Numbered from the whole stretch's first letter, positions 24,910 to 38,663 are shown. The stretch is DNA of 63,887 nucleotides, filler included, from Octopus bimaculoides (GCF_001194135.2; 9 parts of 8 records of this genome joined end to end with filler, not necessarily neighbours in it); one strand, 5' to 3'. The notes: generated by a model from the letters alone, not told the origin. Program-made: numbers and translations.

Positions 24910-27900
24910 CCTATCTATCTATCTATCTATCTATCCATCTATATTATTAATTTAAAAAACACGGAGAAGAAAGACAACAAGAAAAAAAAAACAACGACAC
25001 AAGTTGTGGTACATGCAAAATATTAATAAGACGTTCAGAGAAGGAAAGAATAGGTGGTTATTTTATGTTTCTAGCAAAGCACTTCTTTGGAAACAGGAGA
25101 CATAGGGAAGAGGAAAAGAAATTGCCAATAGTCCACGTGGAGTTACATTTTGATATATATATNNNNNNNNNNNNNNNNNNNNNNNNNNNNNNNNNNNNAA
25201 CACGTAAATATAGATAAATAGTTACCAGGGTAGCAAAAAATCACACAAGTGAAAAGGTTGTATGCGAATACATATATATATATTATTTACATCCAGATCA
25301 AAAACTGATTGCAATCATAATGTTTAACAATAAACTCCATCGAAGAAAACTGCCATAGCTATACTTGTTTGCTTTTTTATATAATATTTTTTTATATATT
25401 GTATTTAATATATACAAATATATATATATTGATTACTTATACAGGATAGTTCATTCTCAGCTCCCCCCCCCCATCGCATACACATAATATGCACATGGCT
25501 CTGTACTTATGCAGTTGTATTCATTGTACAACAGTTCCTCAATCAGAAATAAACCTCACACACATACATGCACAGGTACACATACATACACACACACACA
25601 CGCACACATGCATGCACGCACGCATGCATGCACGCACGCACGCATACACGCACACATGCACGTACACATGTACGCACGCACGTACACACACACACACACA
25701 CGCACACACACACACACACACGCTTCCGTTCTCAGAACTTTCTCTCAGAAATTTCCCAATACTACATTGTCCATTTCTTGCATCGTATCATTGTTCTTGA
25801 TTCATGCACTTGACCTCCTCTGTCTGAATATCATTGCTTATAGATTTCACTACTGTAATTCAATTTCAACCAAACAAATAGTAGGTTCTTATATGTTGTC
25901 GGCATTCATTTCAACAATATCTTTGCCATGTAATACTCTTTGCTAACTTACGTGGATTTCGGTCTAACCTAGATCACCCTCACCTCTCATAGCAATACAC
26001 AAACCACACATTCTATTCTTATCTGAGACACAAATCTCTCCTTCTCTGTAACCCATCTCTGCTCCTCAGGCCATAATCAATAATTCAGATTAACTTCGAA
26101 AGGTCATGACTGACCATATGTAGAATTTTCTTTCCTCTCCATTCACTTCTTTCACCTTGAATTCAAGGACAAAGGCATATTTAATCTGGCTCTAAGTCTC
26201 TTTTCACTATTCCGCCAAATTATCTAACGTATCTCACATTCCTCAAACCACCATCAACTATTCAACTACCTCACTTCCTGTATTGAAAACATCGTCTGTC
26301 ATACTTCACCTCACTGAACTAATAATGCCCAGTGCATTAATGTACACTACTTTTGTGGCATCCTTATTCTGCATTTTTGGTACAGATTATGAATTTTTTT
26401 GCCATCTTTTAACTAACTGTACCGTTAAGTAAACATTGTATTTCTGATAAATGCAAGAAGACACTAATACTGTTCTAAATATTAAACGTTTTCGAATTGT
26501 TGATCTTCAAAACTTAACTTTTATCCGACAATCATTGACTTTGTACTATTGAAATTGTCATATCACGGCTTAATGAAGCCAAAACCTCGCACAAATTCTT
26601 ACAACACACCACACCTTCATTCTAATCATACTACTACTTCACGTTAGCTAACACACCATTTGAGATAGCTAAGTGAGTGATCTAAACCATTTGCTTAGGA
26701 CACTCATTCATATGTCTTACATAACCAGAGCCAATAACTCTCCAAACTAATATAAGTAAATGTTTACTACCTACAAGTCTTGAAGTAGGTTACACACCAC
26801 TATTAACTGGGGCTGGAGTGCTTTAACTACGACTGTAATTCCTGAAATACTGTAATGCAAAAAGGTAACAGATGTCTTCATAGATTACACAACATTTAAG
26901 ATTTTCTCACCTCCCAATTTGCAGGAAAGCCTTCACATCAAGACAGTTAATACAAATTCTGACACCATTTCGCAATCATGATAGAACTGTAAGCAGCAGT
27001 ACTATTAAAACTTCCACATTCTTCATCCTCTTCGCGAACAATCCTTCATACATGATCTCAAAAAACTCTTTCCATACTCATATGCCTTGCTTCAAGATAG
27101 CTACCATATACACGAGATTGATGCGTGTAGAAACTCCTCTGATAACTCCATAAAAACTTTGCAACCACTCTGGATGGCACTCCTTTCATCATATTCAAAA
27201 TTTTTTGCGCAGAGTAAGATCCTACTTTCATCACACTCTACAATCTCTCTCCCTTCCTCTCTCATTTTCCCATCCCATGAAATGAACTTAGATTTTGAAA
27301 ACACATCACAAAATATCCTTTTCCATATTTTTTAAACATCTCAATTGAGTTAAACGCAGTTGTCAACAATCATTTCCATCATGAACGTAAGTCTCGTTCC
27401 TCACTCATTAGGAAGGGAGACATGTACTGATGATGGCATACATAGAATCAAATCTATTCTCAGGCGTAGCTCACCGGTAATGTCTTTACCTTGAGATCAT
27501 CGGAGAAAGTAATGTTGTTACATTAGATAACAAAGCATTAAAAAATGTCTGGCGTCTGAACATCCTAGATTAGGTCAAGATCCGTCTCTCATATCTGCTT
27601 TATGCCAGGACACATTATTGCTGTGCGTGATGACTAGGTTCACTAATTTACACTCTACTGATAGATTATGGAACATGCACTTAAAACGTTCGAAGTGCTA
27701 TAATTGTGAAATGTCACATAGTAAAATAATCTTTCGTGAACTCCAACAAATAGAATATTACCAAAACTATATTACAAATACTAAAGTTCCTCTTTAGGAA
27801 AAATAAATACTTTAGTCCTGATCAGTTGCAATCTCTTTCTGCATAGATGCGTAGTTTGTTCTTTTTGTCTCTTTTGTGGCTATAGAAATGTTTTCTGCTC

Positions 27901-29882
27901 CACTGAAATTAACTGACGCATAAATATACACTCCCCTAAGTCTCACCATGTGCACATATCTCTCCATTTCTTCTCAACCTTTGTGTTCCACACATCACAT
28001 CCGGCACGAAGTACTTAACTCAGTTCTGTTACAGTCAAGCTTCAACCACACCCATTTTACGAATGTAGGAGGCAGGTAAATCTGATTGGAATTGCTTTTG
28101 TTTTCTTGACAAATTTCTAAAAAATTGTCTTGCTTCTTGATTATTTCCTCTCTTATGTCCATTTTTGTTTTCATTTCGACTTCATATCTTAGATATTTAA
28201 AATTAACGTACGCGAGGGTTGCATTGCTACTCTTAGTCCTTTGTTCCATTCAATAGTATTTCATATGATGCTACAAATTAATACTCAACAGTGTATCCAA
28301 TCAATTAACAAAAGGTACAAAATTTTAACTTACCTTCGTGGCATATAGAATAGACGATTACCTGAATAAGTCAGGCAGTAATCGTTGTATTTTGAAAATG
28401 ATGTGCAAATATTTTATATGTATGTGTTGCATTTCTAAAAGGTTATGTAGTGCGTTCTGTAAACTATATGATGCGTATGCATTCGGTAGAATACAATGTA
28501 TAATATAATATATATCTTGCTGCATATGACGTAAATCATATATCGAGTCTATGTTATATAGCTGCAATATATTACGATCTATTACCTCTATTTCTTCAAT
28601 ATTTTAAAATTCAGTTTTACAAAGACCTATATTGTTACTAAGTATTGAAAATATGATTGGAGTTTTAATTATGAGCTTGCATTTCACTTCTCTCACTTTT
28701 CTTCTGTTATTCCATCTACGTATTTCCGTTATTGATTAGACGAAAAATGCATTTTATGTAGTTAATATGATGAACACTTAGCTTTTCTGAGGGGATGATT
28801 TGAACGCAGCCCTTAAAACCAATCAATAAACTGTTCATTCAACTAGACTGACATTACTTGAAAATGGTAAACTATATTATCTAGCTATATGGTCTAGAAT
28901 ATTGATAAGTATTTTTATCTGGGCACTGCATACTATATTACACGACATTTTGGTACTAATTGCAGCTGAGCAGACTGCATTTCCAGTCAGGTGCCTTGGC
29001 TATGGTCATTGTGCTATGATCTATAGACCTCATTTACTGACAGCTAGGTGCTGTACTGCAGACAGTTAAGTGTTTTGACCCTAAAACAATACTGTGAAAT
29101 ATATTGAATTGTACTATCTGTTTTATGCTAGGTTGAGGGAATTGTTGACAGTTAAGCATCATGGCACGTAGAGCAACAAAAAGCTAGATATTATGGACAA
29201 AGTTCAGCGCATTAAATCATAATGCATTGTCAACATATGTCTCACTCGACTAGTCCCTATATTGGATGTGAAGAAAAAGTACTACTAACGGTAACATGCA
29301 GTGGTATTTGTCTATATCTATGCTATTAGGTTGTTAACAATTATGTGCCATTATAATGGATGTGGCTAAGTAAGCTATACTATTCTGTGGAACCATGCAG
29401 CCATGCATATTGAATCATTGAGAGCTTAGAACCATGACTACAGAGATGACCAGTGTCTGAGAGAAGTTATTAACCACCGACACTTCATATTGTTGCTCAG
29501 TACCTCGTATTACAGGCAATTGTGGTTTCAATAGTTAATAAATATAGATCTAAGATCACACAGGTTTTCCACATCATGGGATCATTAAAAATCTTACTTA
29601 TTTCTTTGGCAATACCGCGAAAACCTGGATCCTATTTAATATCTGTTTGACAAGAAAAACGAAATTATTTGTCTTGTCGTTCATCTTCCTATGTAATAAT
29701 AGAAATTTGAAGGAAGAAAATAAAATGCATCTCAAAATAACTAATAAATATTATATCTATAGTATTTTAACACCTTAGCATTGATTCATATACGTATGAA
29801 AGATTTGGGCTGAGATTCCTACTAATGGAAATACAGCTTGAATGAAATCCATTTGTCTAAAAATAACATGCAAATAAATAAT

Positions 29883-29926
<44 letters not shown>

Positions 29927-29927
29927 C

Positions 29928-30045
29928 TCTTTTACTCTTTTACTCTTTTACTTGTTTCGGTCATTTGACTGCAGCCATGCTGGAGCATCGCCTTTAGTCG
30001 AGCAAATCGACCCCAGGACTTATTCTTTGGAAGCATAGTACTATA
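29928..30045 (-). mobile_element. SINE family B 3' fragment
   Basis: (cttttact)n tail, gtttcggtcatttgactgcagccatgctggagc. Confidence 0.88.
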
Positions 30046-30053
30046 TATATATA

Positions 30054-30446
30054 GCCGTAGGAGTAGCTGTGTGGTACGTAGCTTGCTTACCAGCCACATG
30101 GTTCCGGCTTCAGTCCCACTGCGTGGCACCTTGGGCGAGTGTCTTCTATTATGGCCTGGGGCTGATACGAAAGCCTTGTGAGTGGATTTGGTAGACGGAA
30201 ACTGAAAGAAGCTCATCATATATATGTATATATGTGTGTGTATATATGTTTGTGTTTCTGTGTTTGTTCCCCGACCATCGGTTGACAACTGATGCTCATA
30301 TGTTTACGTTCCCGTAACTTAGCGGTTCGGGAAAGTTCGGAATAAGTGCTAGGCTTAAAAAGAATAAGTCCTGGGGTCGATTTGTTCGACTAAAGGTGGT
30401 GCTCCAGCATGGCCACAATCAAAAGGACTGAAACAATTAGAAGAAT
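30054..30446 (+). mobile_element. Full-length SINE family B
   Basis: Colinear with 10398-10800. Confidence 0.92.
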
Positions 30447-30894
30447 ATATATATATATATATATATACATTTATGTATATATGTCTATTCATACAGACAC
30501 ACACATACAGATGGATGTGTGTATGAATATATATATGAGTGTGTGTGTGTGTGTGTGCGTGTGTTTGTGTGTATGTCTGTGTGTATGTGTGTGTGTTTGC
30601 GTGTGTGTGTGTGTGTGAGTGTATGTTTATCTCTCACATTGAAAACTTTATCGTTTCTTTCAACTACCTTTTTCTCCTCTCTCATTGTCTTTCCGCCTCG
30701 TTATCTGCTGTCAATGCACCAAACTCTTTTGTTCCTCTCTCTTTATCTTATTGTCCCTCGCTTTCACGTATTCTCTCATCTAATTTTACTCTAATAAAAG
30801 TAACACTATATTCCTCCATTCGTGCTATCTTCCTCTCAGGATGTTTTCACGTGTCAGTTCAAAAACAAACGAATTTTTTGTCGAACTGCTTTAC

Positions 30895-31807
30895 AAATAT
30901 CTGTAATGGCAGTAATTACAGCTTGAATTCTACGAGGTATGAACTCGTACAAAGTCTGAATTGTTTCCAAAGGAATTTTGTTCATTCTTCAGCTACAACA
31001 GTCTCCAGTTCTTGTAGTGATGATGGTGGAGGATATCGACTCCTTGTTTTTCCAAAATGCACAATAAATGTTCAATAATTTTGAGATCTGGGGATTGTGG
31101 TGGCCAGATAAGATGTTCAACTTTATTTGAATGTTCCTCGTACCATTCAGTAACAACTTTAGCTGTGTGAATTGGTGCATTATCATCCTGAAAGATTGCG
31201 TTTCCCTCCGGAAACAGTTCCGCAAGCATAGGATGAATTTTATCAGATAAAATGCTTAAATAGACTTGACTATTAATTCTTCCATGAAGGGAAACCATTG
31301 GGCAGGAGGATTTTCCAAGATATAACCCCCCACCCCAGATCATCACAGATCCTCCTCCATGTTTAACAGTTGGAAGAAGGTAGTCTCAGTCAAATACTTA
31401 TTTTGGCTGTCTCCACACGTATACTCGGCCAGTGGTCGAAAATGAGGTAGAGGATGACTCGTCCGAGAAAATACCATTTTCCCACTGCTCTATGGACCAA
31501 TTCTGTAAACACTTTGCAACGCTTGTTTTTGAAAGTAGTGGTTTTCTGATTGCAGTCCTCCCGTGAAATCCGGCTTTGTGCAGCTCCCGGCGAACAGCTT
31601 TTTGTGGAAACTGGGTTCTCTAGGTGGTCATTAGGCTCTAAAGTAATTTTGGGAGCTGTAATTTTGTGATCCCTTCTAACAATTCGCGTAAGTGTTCGGT
31701 GGTCCCTATATGAAAGTTTTGGTTTTATTCTGGAGTTTTGTTTTGACACGAATGTTTTTCCCTCTTTCTCAAAGGCTGTCATTACTTCCAAGACAGTACT
31801 TCTTAAT
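30895..31807 (-). mobile_element. Tc1-type transposon relic with D-D36-E spacing
   Basis: IFSDES (~31461), TVKHGGGSVMIWG, FQDDNAPIHTA...WPPQSPDLKIIE with 36 residues between D and E; N-terminal part runs into a gap; stops and frameshifts. Confidence 0.92.
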
Positions 31808-32199
31808 NNNNNNNNNNNNNNNNNNNNNNNNNNNNNNNNNNNNNNNNNNNNNNNNNNNNNNNNNNNNNNNNNNNNNNNNNNNNNNNNNNNNNNNNNNNNN
31901 NNNNNNNNNNNNNNNNNNNNNNNNNNNNNNNNNNNNNNNNNNNNNNNNNNNNNNNNNNNNNNNNNNNNNNNNNNNNNNNNNNNNNNNNNNNNNNNNNNNN
32001 NNNNNNNNNNNNNNNNNNNNNNNNNNNNNNNNNNNNNNNNNNNNNNNNNNNNNNNNNNNNNNNNNNNNNNNNNNNNNNNNNNNNNNNNNNNNNNNNNNNN
32101 NNNNNNNNNNNNNNNNNNNNNNNNNNNNNNNNNNNATATATATATATATATATATATATATAAGTAAAGGGATTGACAAGTGGCTATATATATATATAC

Positions 32200-32390
32200 G
32201 TCGAGGGTCCCAGCTGATACGATCAACAGAACAGCTTGCTCGTTAAATTAACGTGCAAGTAACTGAGCACTCCACAGACACGTGTACTCTTAACGTAGTT
32301 CTCAGAGATATTCAGCGTGACACAGAGTATGACAAGGCTGGCCCTTTGAAATACAGATACTACTCATTTTTGCCAGCTGAGTGGGTAGAT
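32200..32390 (-). mobile_element. SINE family C 3' part
   Basis: aaattaacgtgcaagt-ctgagc-ctccacaga...gctggccctttg; homologous to 40715-40890. Confidence 0.85.
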
Positions 32391-32546
32391 AGATAGATAA
32401 ATAAATAGATAGATACATAAATAGGTAGATACATAAATAGATAGATAAATAAATAGATAAATAGGTAGATAAATTGTTGGGTATGTAGATAGATTGTTTA
32501 AGCTAAATGTGGCGTGTGACTTGGGGTAAGACTTGTTGCAGGATGT

Positions 32547-33166
32547 TACGCGGAGGTACCCAAAAGTTACCGGAATCATTCTGTGTGGGACAAAGCGGCT
32601 GCAGTTTTGCAGTACTTCTTCCCTGTTCGTCGATTTTTGCTATGGCTGGAATGAAGGAAGAACTTGCTTCTGTAAAATTCTGTTTCCTGCCGGGGAAACA
32701 GTTGTCATGCTTCAAATAGCTTACAAGCATGTTGCTACGAGCGAAACAAGTTTACAAGTGGTTTTCACGTTTTAGGAGTGGTCACTTGTCACTTGAAGAC
32801 CAATGTCGTTCAGGGCGTCCGCCAACCTCCTGAACGAATGAAGACATCATGAAAATTTATAAACTGATCTTCGACGACCATCAACGAACAAGTGACGAAC
32901 TTATTGATATGACTGGTGTATCCAGGAGCTCTAGCCAACAAATTTTGAGCGGGGAATTGCGAATGAAAAGAGTTGCAGCAAAATTTATGCCTCGCTTGCT
33001 CACGGAAGATCAAAAGCAGTCATGACTGAATGTATGTTGTGAACTGAAAGAACACCTGGAAGTTGATCCGGACCGTCGAAAGTGTAAACATAAAAGTGTA
33101 AACATCTAAAACTAAGTGAATAAAATAATATTGAAAAGTTCTGGTTTCTTTTGTGAACGCTTTCGA
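32547..33166 (+). mobile_element. Internally deleted mariner (5' half of transposase)
   Basis: KFCF...VYKWFSRFRSGHLSLEDQCRSGRP...LRMKRVAAKFMPRLLTEDQK; degenerate TIR pair tacgcggaggtacccaaaagttaccggaa / ttctggtttcttttgtgaacgctttcga. Confidence 0.88.
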
Positions 33167-33489
33167 CTGAGCGTTTTTAGAGTATGGTTAGTTTTTCCCT
33201 CTTTCACGATTAAAGATCCTTGAAGTAGTAGACGTGTTTCCACGCTTCCAGCTCATTACGGTGGTTCAGGTTAGGAGCCTGCTTCACAATAAAGTGTGCC
33301 TTTGATATTTTGAAGCTAAATTCCTCTCTTCCTCTTCTTAGTATGCGTATAGGGAGGTCCCCATTACAGTGTTGGGGGTGCTGGAACATAGCGTTGGGTG
33401 GAGTGGCCTTGTATAGATGTGCCTTCACCTTAAGGTGAAAGTGTCTCCTGGTTAATTCTATGCATACCGCCCGCACAATCTGCACCCAA

Positions 33490-34385
33490 CTCTTCAATTT
33501 ATAAAGATGAGTAGTACCAAATTACCATTTCAAGACAGAATGGTAATTAAAAATGGCACCACTGATATATACTATAAACTCACGCATCAATACCTGAACT
33601 TTAAATCGTGCTATCCAACACACACGAAACACAGTATCCCATACTGCCTAGCCAGAAAAACTTGTACCATTGTGGGAGATATAAATTCCAGAAACAAACA
33701 CCTAACAAAACTCAATGAATTTCTACTCAAACAAACATATCTAAGTCTACTTATGGAAAATGTATACAGCATTTTATAGAAATACCCATAAACGACTAAG
33801 GGTAACCTAAAAAGGAGGTAAACAAGAAAAGGTCATACCATTTATAATGGCACACAATCCGTGTCACCAAAATATCTTAAGCATTGCCAAAGCAAACTTG
33901 CCGATCGTTGCTTAAAGCAATGAATTAAAGGATATAATCACAGATCGGGCTATGATTCTAAATAAAAGACAGCTGAAGAACTTGAAACAATAATTAACAA
34001 AGGCAAATTTCGACCTAAGCAACAATGACAAATCATTCATTGTATCTAAATGCAATGATAATCGATGTGATACATATTAGTTCATACATACCGGTCAATA
34101 TATGAGCACAAAAACCGGAAGCATATTTGCAAGTGCAAATATGAAGTGCAAAAGCAGAAATTTAATTTACTGCATCAAAAGCCGGAATTTTGAAGAGATA
34201 TATGTTGGTCAGACTGGCAATGCATTGTCGGAGCGTTCACGTGTGCACTGACACAAAATTAGGGACCCTGATGTTTGTCAGATATCTTTAAGCAACCATC
34301 TGGAACATGTGAAAAAGTTTATAATATTCCCATTCTACAGTTTGCACAACTCAAGTGAAATTGAGAGAAAAGTCAGAGAAAATGG
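33490..34385 (+). mobile_element. Penelope-like element 3' part: RT thumb and GIY-YIG endonuclease (pseudogene)
   Basis: KLPFQDRMVIKNGTTDIYYKLTHQYLNFKSCYPTHTKHSIPYCLARKTCTIV; later MKCKSRNLIYCIKSRNFEEIYVGQTGNALSERSRVH*HKI (34140-34265). Confidence 0.9.
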
Positions 34386-34683
34386 ACAGCTATGGTAAAT
34401 AACTATAGTGACAGTTGGAGTAACAGTGGTAATTATAATGACGATAGTGGTGATAATAATAATAAATACTACAGCTATTATTACTGCGACTACCGCCATT
34501 AGTAACACCAAAAACAAAAATAATAAAAGTGATTTGAATATGGTAGTAATGTTGACCAAATGAACATTGGTCCGATTGAAATGTAAAAGTTTCTGGAGTA
34601 ACAATAGAATTCAATGAAAACAAGAATATAGCCAAACAGTTATTCCTTTAAGTACAGTCAAAGTAAAGAATTCTTGACGTAAC

Positions 34684-34800
34684 CACCAAACCGTGACGTC
34701 TAAGCCACATACTGATTGGTAGAAATGCAGTTTGAACTTAGTTGAGGCGCTCACCAAACCATGACATCTAAGTCGCATGCTGATTGGTCAAAATACAGTT
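34684..34800. repeat. Two 49-bp direct repeats (period 68) with TGACGT and CTGATTGG words
   Basis: caccaaaccgtgacgtctaagccacatactgattggtagaaatgcagtt / caccaaaccatgacatctaagtcgcatgctgattggtcaaaatacagtt. Confidence 0.85.
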
Positions 34801-36169
34801 CGTAAGATCCAGCTTGCTGGAGCCCATCGGAGGGTATTTATAGGATAAATGCAACCATTTCGCTACAATTGTCAACTGTGGAACACGACTGTTACCACAT
34901 AAACCTGATGATTGCGCAACGCATGAAAGTATTAGTTTATATTTCAATATTGTAAAATTGTAAAATTGTAAAAATTGCAAATAATAAAACGTGAAAATCA
35001 GACTAAGTTGGAATTTCATTGATTATATATNNNNNNNNNNNNNNNNNNNNNNNNNNNNNNNNNNNNNNNNNNNNNNNNNNNNNNNNNNNNNNNNNNNNNN
35101 NNNNNNNNNNNNNNNNNNNNNNNNNNNNNNNNNNNNNNNNNNNNNNNNNNNNNNNNNNNNNNNNNNNNNNNNNNNNNNNNNNNNNNNNNNNNNNNNNNNN
35201 NNNNNNNNNNNNNNNNNNNNNNNNNNNNNNNNNNNNNNNNNNNNNNNNNNNNNNNNNNNNNNNNNNNNNNNNNNNNNNNNNNNNNNNNNNNNNNNNNNNN
35301 NNNNNNNNNNNNNNNNNNNNNNNNNNNNNNNNNNNNNNNNNNNNNNNNNNNNNNNNNNNNNNNNNNNNNNNNNNNNNNNNNNNNNNNNNNNNNNNNNNNN
35401 NNNNNNNNNNNNNNNNNNNNNNNNNNNNNNNNNNNNNNNNNNNNNNNNNNNNNNNNNNNNNNNNNNNNNNNNNNNNNNNNNNNNNNNNNNNNNNNNNNNN
35501 NNNNNNNNNNNNNNNNNNNNNNNNNNNNNNNNNNNNNNNNNNNNNNNNNNNNNNNNNNNNNNNNNNNNNNNNNNNNNNNNNNNNNNNNNNNNNNNNNNNN
35601 NNNNNNNNNNNNNNNNNNNNNNNNNNNNNNNNNNNNNNNNNNNNNNNNNNNNNNNNNNNNNNNNNNNNNNNNNNNNNNNNNNNNNNNNNNNNNNNNNNNN
35701 NNNNNNNNNNNNNNNNNNNNNNNNNNNNNTACAGCAGATAGAAAATGCAATGCTCGAAAAGGGGATATATCATACTGAACGTCTACATTACGAAAATCCA
35801 CGTCTTAGTGCATCGAATGTTAGTTAATTGACTTTGCTACTAGCACAAATGCAATTTATGGAAATCAGGTTTATCGATTCACCAAAATCCTTATTTATAT
35901 TGATTATACTTACTGTTATTTATTTATCGGTCAAAAGACAATGGCGAATGTGACTGAACTGGAGGAAACTGACCAGGTCAGTTACAATTTTTTTCCTATG
36001 CACGAAAAAAATTTGGGCAAAACTATTTATTTATTTGTATTTGTCCATTATATTTAGTTAAACCTCGCATTGACGTCTAAAAAGTTTATCTTTCTTGATC
36101 CACTCGTTCATTTCCGCTCGCCAAAATCTGCTCCTTTTGTACATCAATTATGTGTGTGTGTGCTTTTGT

Positions 36170-36237
<68 letters not shown>

Positions 36238-36351
36238 NNNNNNNNNNNNNNNNNNNNNNNNNNNNNNNNNNNNNNNNNNNNTTAATTAATTAANNNNNNN
36301 NNNNNNNNNNNNNNNNNNNNNNNNNNNNNNNNNNNNNTATATACACACACA

Positions 36352-36389
<38 letters not shown>

Positions 36390-37771
36390 TATGCATAGAT
36401 ATAAATATAAAAGTGTATGCATGTGCAAATAATATGTATGTGTGTGTGTATAAAGAGATAAAAGCAATTATAAAGAGAGGGGAAAGAGAGAGGCGGGGAT
36501 AAATTGTAGCAGAGTAATGAGTAGACAGCATCAATAGAATGTTAGTAAATGTGTGTCTGTACAGATCAGACAGTTTGGCCTTATACACTATCTAAGCCTA
36601 AAGCATTGATGGTACAAAACAATTCAATAAGTGTTCATATATGTACTGCAGGGAGGTAATATTAATTAAATAATTTCAGTAAATATGGGAGACATCTTCG
36701 GATATGCTTTGCCCTCAGTTTTACTTCATCAATGAAGTATAACCTTAACCGAAATCACTTACAGAATGCATACAGAATGACAGTACTGGCTACCATTTGA
36801 GAGCAGCATAAAGAGCACCGTGCCCATTTTCTTTTGATCGGAAAGAGGAAACAGCATTCTTCTTCTGTCCGGTGTTTATTTTAAAAGAGGTAGTGAAGCG
36901 ACTAATCATAGGGCTTTAACTATTCGACTAAACACTGATCAACTTTTTGAAGATAACTTTGAAGAGAAAGGAGATGTATGACCAAGCAAGAGATATTCCA
37001 CTGAAAAATTTATGAAAGGTGAGGGAAAATTATCAGGAGTGGCCAGTCTGGTCTGTAGGTATCCGATTGTAGCCAAGAGACGCCAACAAGGGTATTGTAC
37101 TCACCATTGGTTATCAGAATAATTTAGATTAGTGGGACTCCCTGGCTGTCCCTTTATTGGGGCCATTTTTTAATGTTTTGCTTGTTTTCCATATCTAACC
37201 ACCGTGCAATTTTTCATGGAAAGTCTGCCAATAATTGTCTTTGCCTCATAAAATAAGCCTTTATCATCATCATTNNNNNNNNNNNNNNNNNNNNNNNNNN
37301 NNNNNNNNNNNNNNNNNNNNNNNNNNNNNNNNNNNNNNNNNNNNNNNNNNNNNNNNNNNNNNNNNNNNNNNNNNNNNNNNNNNNNNNNNNNNNNNNNNNN
37401 NNNNNNNNNNNNNNNNNNNNNNNNNNNNNNNNNNNNNNNNNNNNNNNNNNNNNNNNNNNNNNNNNNNNNNNNNNNNNNNNNNNNNNNNNNNNNNNNNNNN
37501 NNNNNNNNNNNNNNNNNNNNNNNNNNNNNNNNNNNNNNNNNNNNNNNNNNNNNNNNNNNNNNNNNNNNNNNNNNNNNNNNNNNNNNNNNNNNNNNNNNNN
37601 NNNNNNNNNNNNNNNNNNNNNNNNNNNNNNNNNNNNNNNNNNNNNNNNNNNNNNNNNNNNNNNNNNNNNNNNAGTCTGCCAATAATTGTCTTTGCCTCAT
37701 AAAATAAGCCTTTATCATCATCATTATTATTACTATTATCATGATAATCATCATCATCATCATCATCATCA

Positions 37772-37811
<40 letters not shown>

Positions 37812-38548
37812 CATTATTATTATTATTGCCTCTATTGCTATTGTGTTATATGTTTGCTTTAGTTGCTCCGTTTGCATTAATTTTCTAGCCCATTCTTATA
37901 TATTATCGTACCAGCATTCATGTATTTCTTTTAGAGAAAAAAAAAGTTAAGTAAAAAAATAAACGAATACATGTATAATAAAATATATACCGCTCGTCTT
38001 CCCCTCTCCTTATCGCACACACCCTATATCAGCTGTCAAATGATATCCATTACAAATATATATGCAAATAACAAAGAAAAAAAAAATGATATTGATTTGA
38101 ACCAACACGCTGGGGGTTATTATTTCAATGATTTAGCTATGGCAGTAAACTGATATCATAAAAAAAATTCGCTGTGGAAGATAGGACCTTGCTATAGACT
38201 TTATCGTTAGATACCAAGTTTTAGTTTCCTTCATTAGTCAGTGATACGATTTAATATTTCTCTTCACTTTCTTTTACTATCTATCTATCTATCTCTTTCT
38301 TGATATGTGTGTGTGTGTGTGTGTATGTGTGTGTGTATGCATGTATTTATGATTTGTGTATATATATATATATATACATATAGAGAGAGAGAGGGAGAGA
38401 GAGAAAGAGAGAGAGAGAGCGAAATAATTAGGTAGGTAGGTAGACACACACACACACACACACACNNNNNNNNNNNNNNNNNNNNNNNNNNNNNNNNNNN
38501 NNNNNNNNNNNNNNNNNNNNNNNNNNNNNNNNNNNNNNNNNNNNNNNN

Positions 38549-38594
<46 letters not shown>

Positions 38595-38611
38595 TAGATA
38601 GATAGATAGAG

Positions 38612-38663
<52 letters not shown>

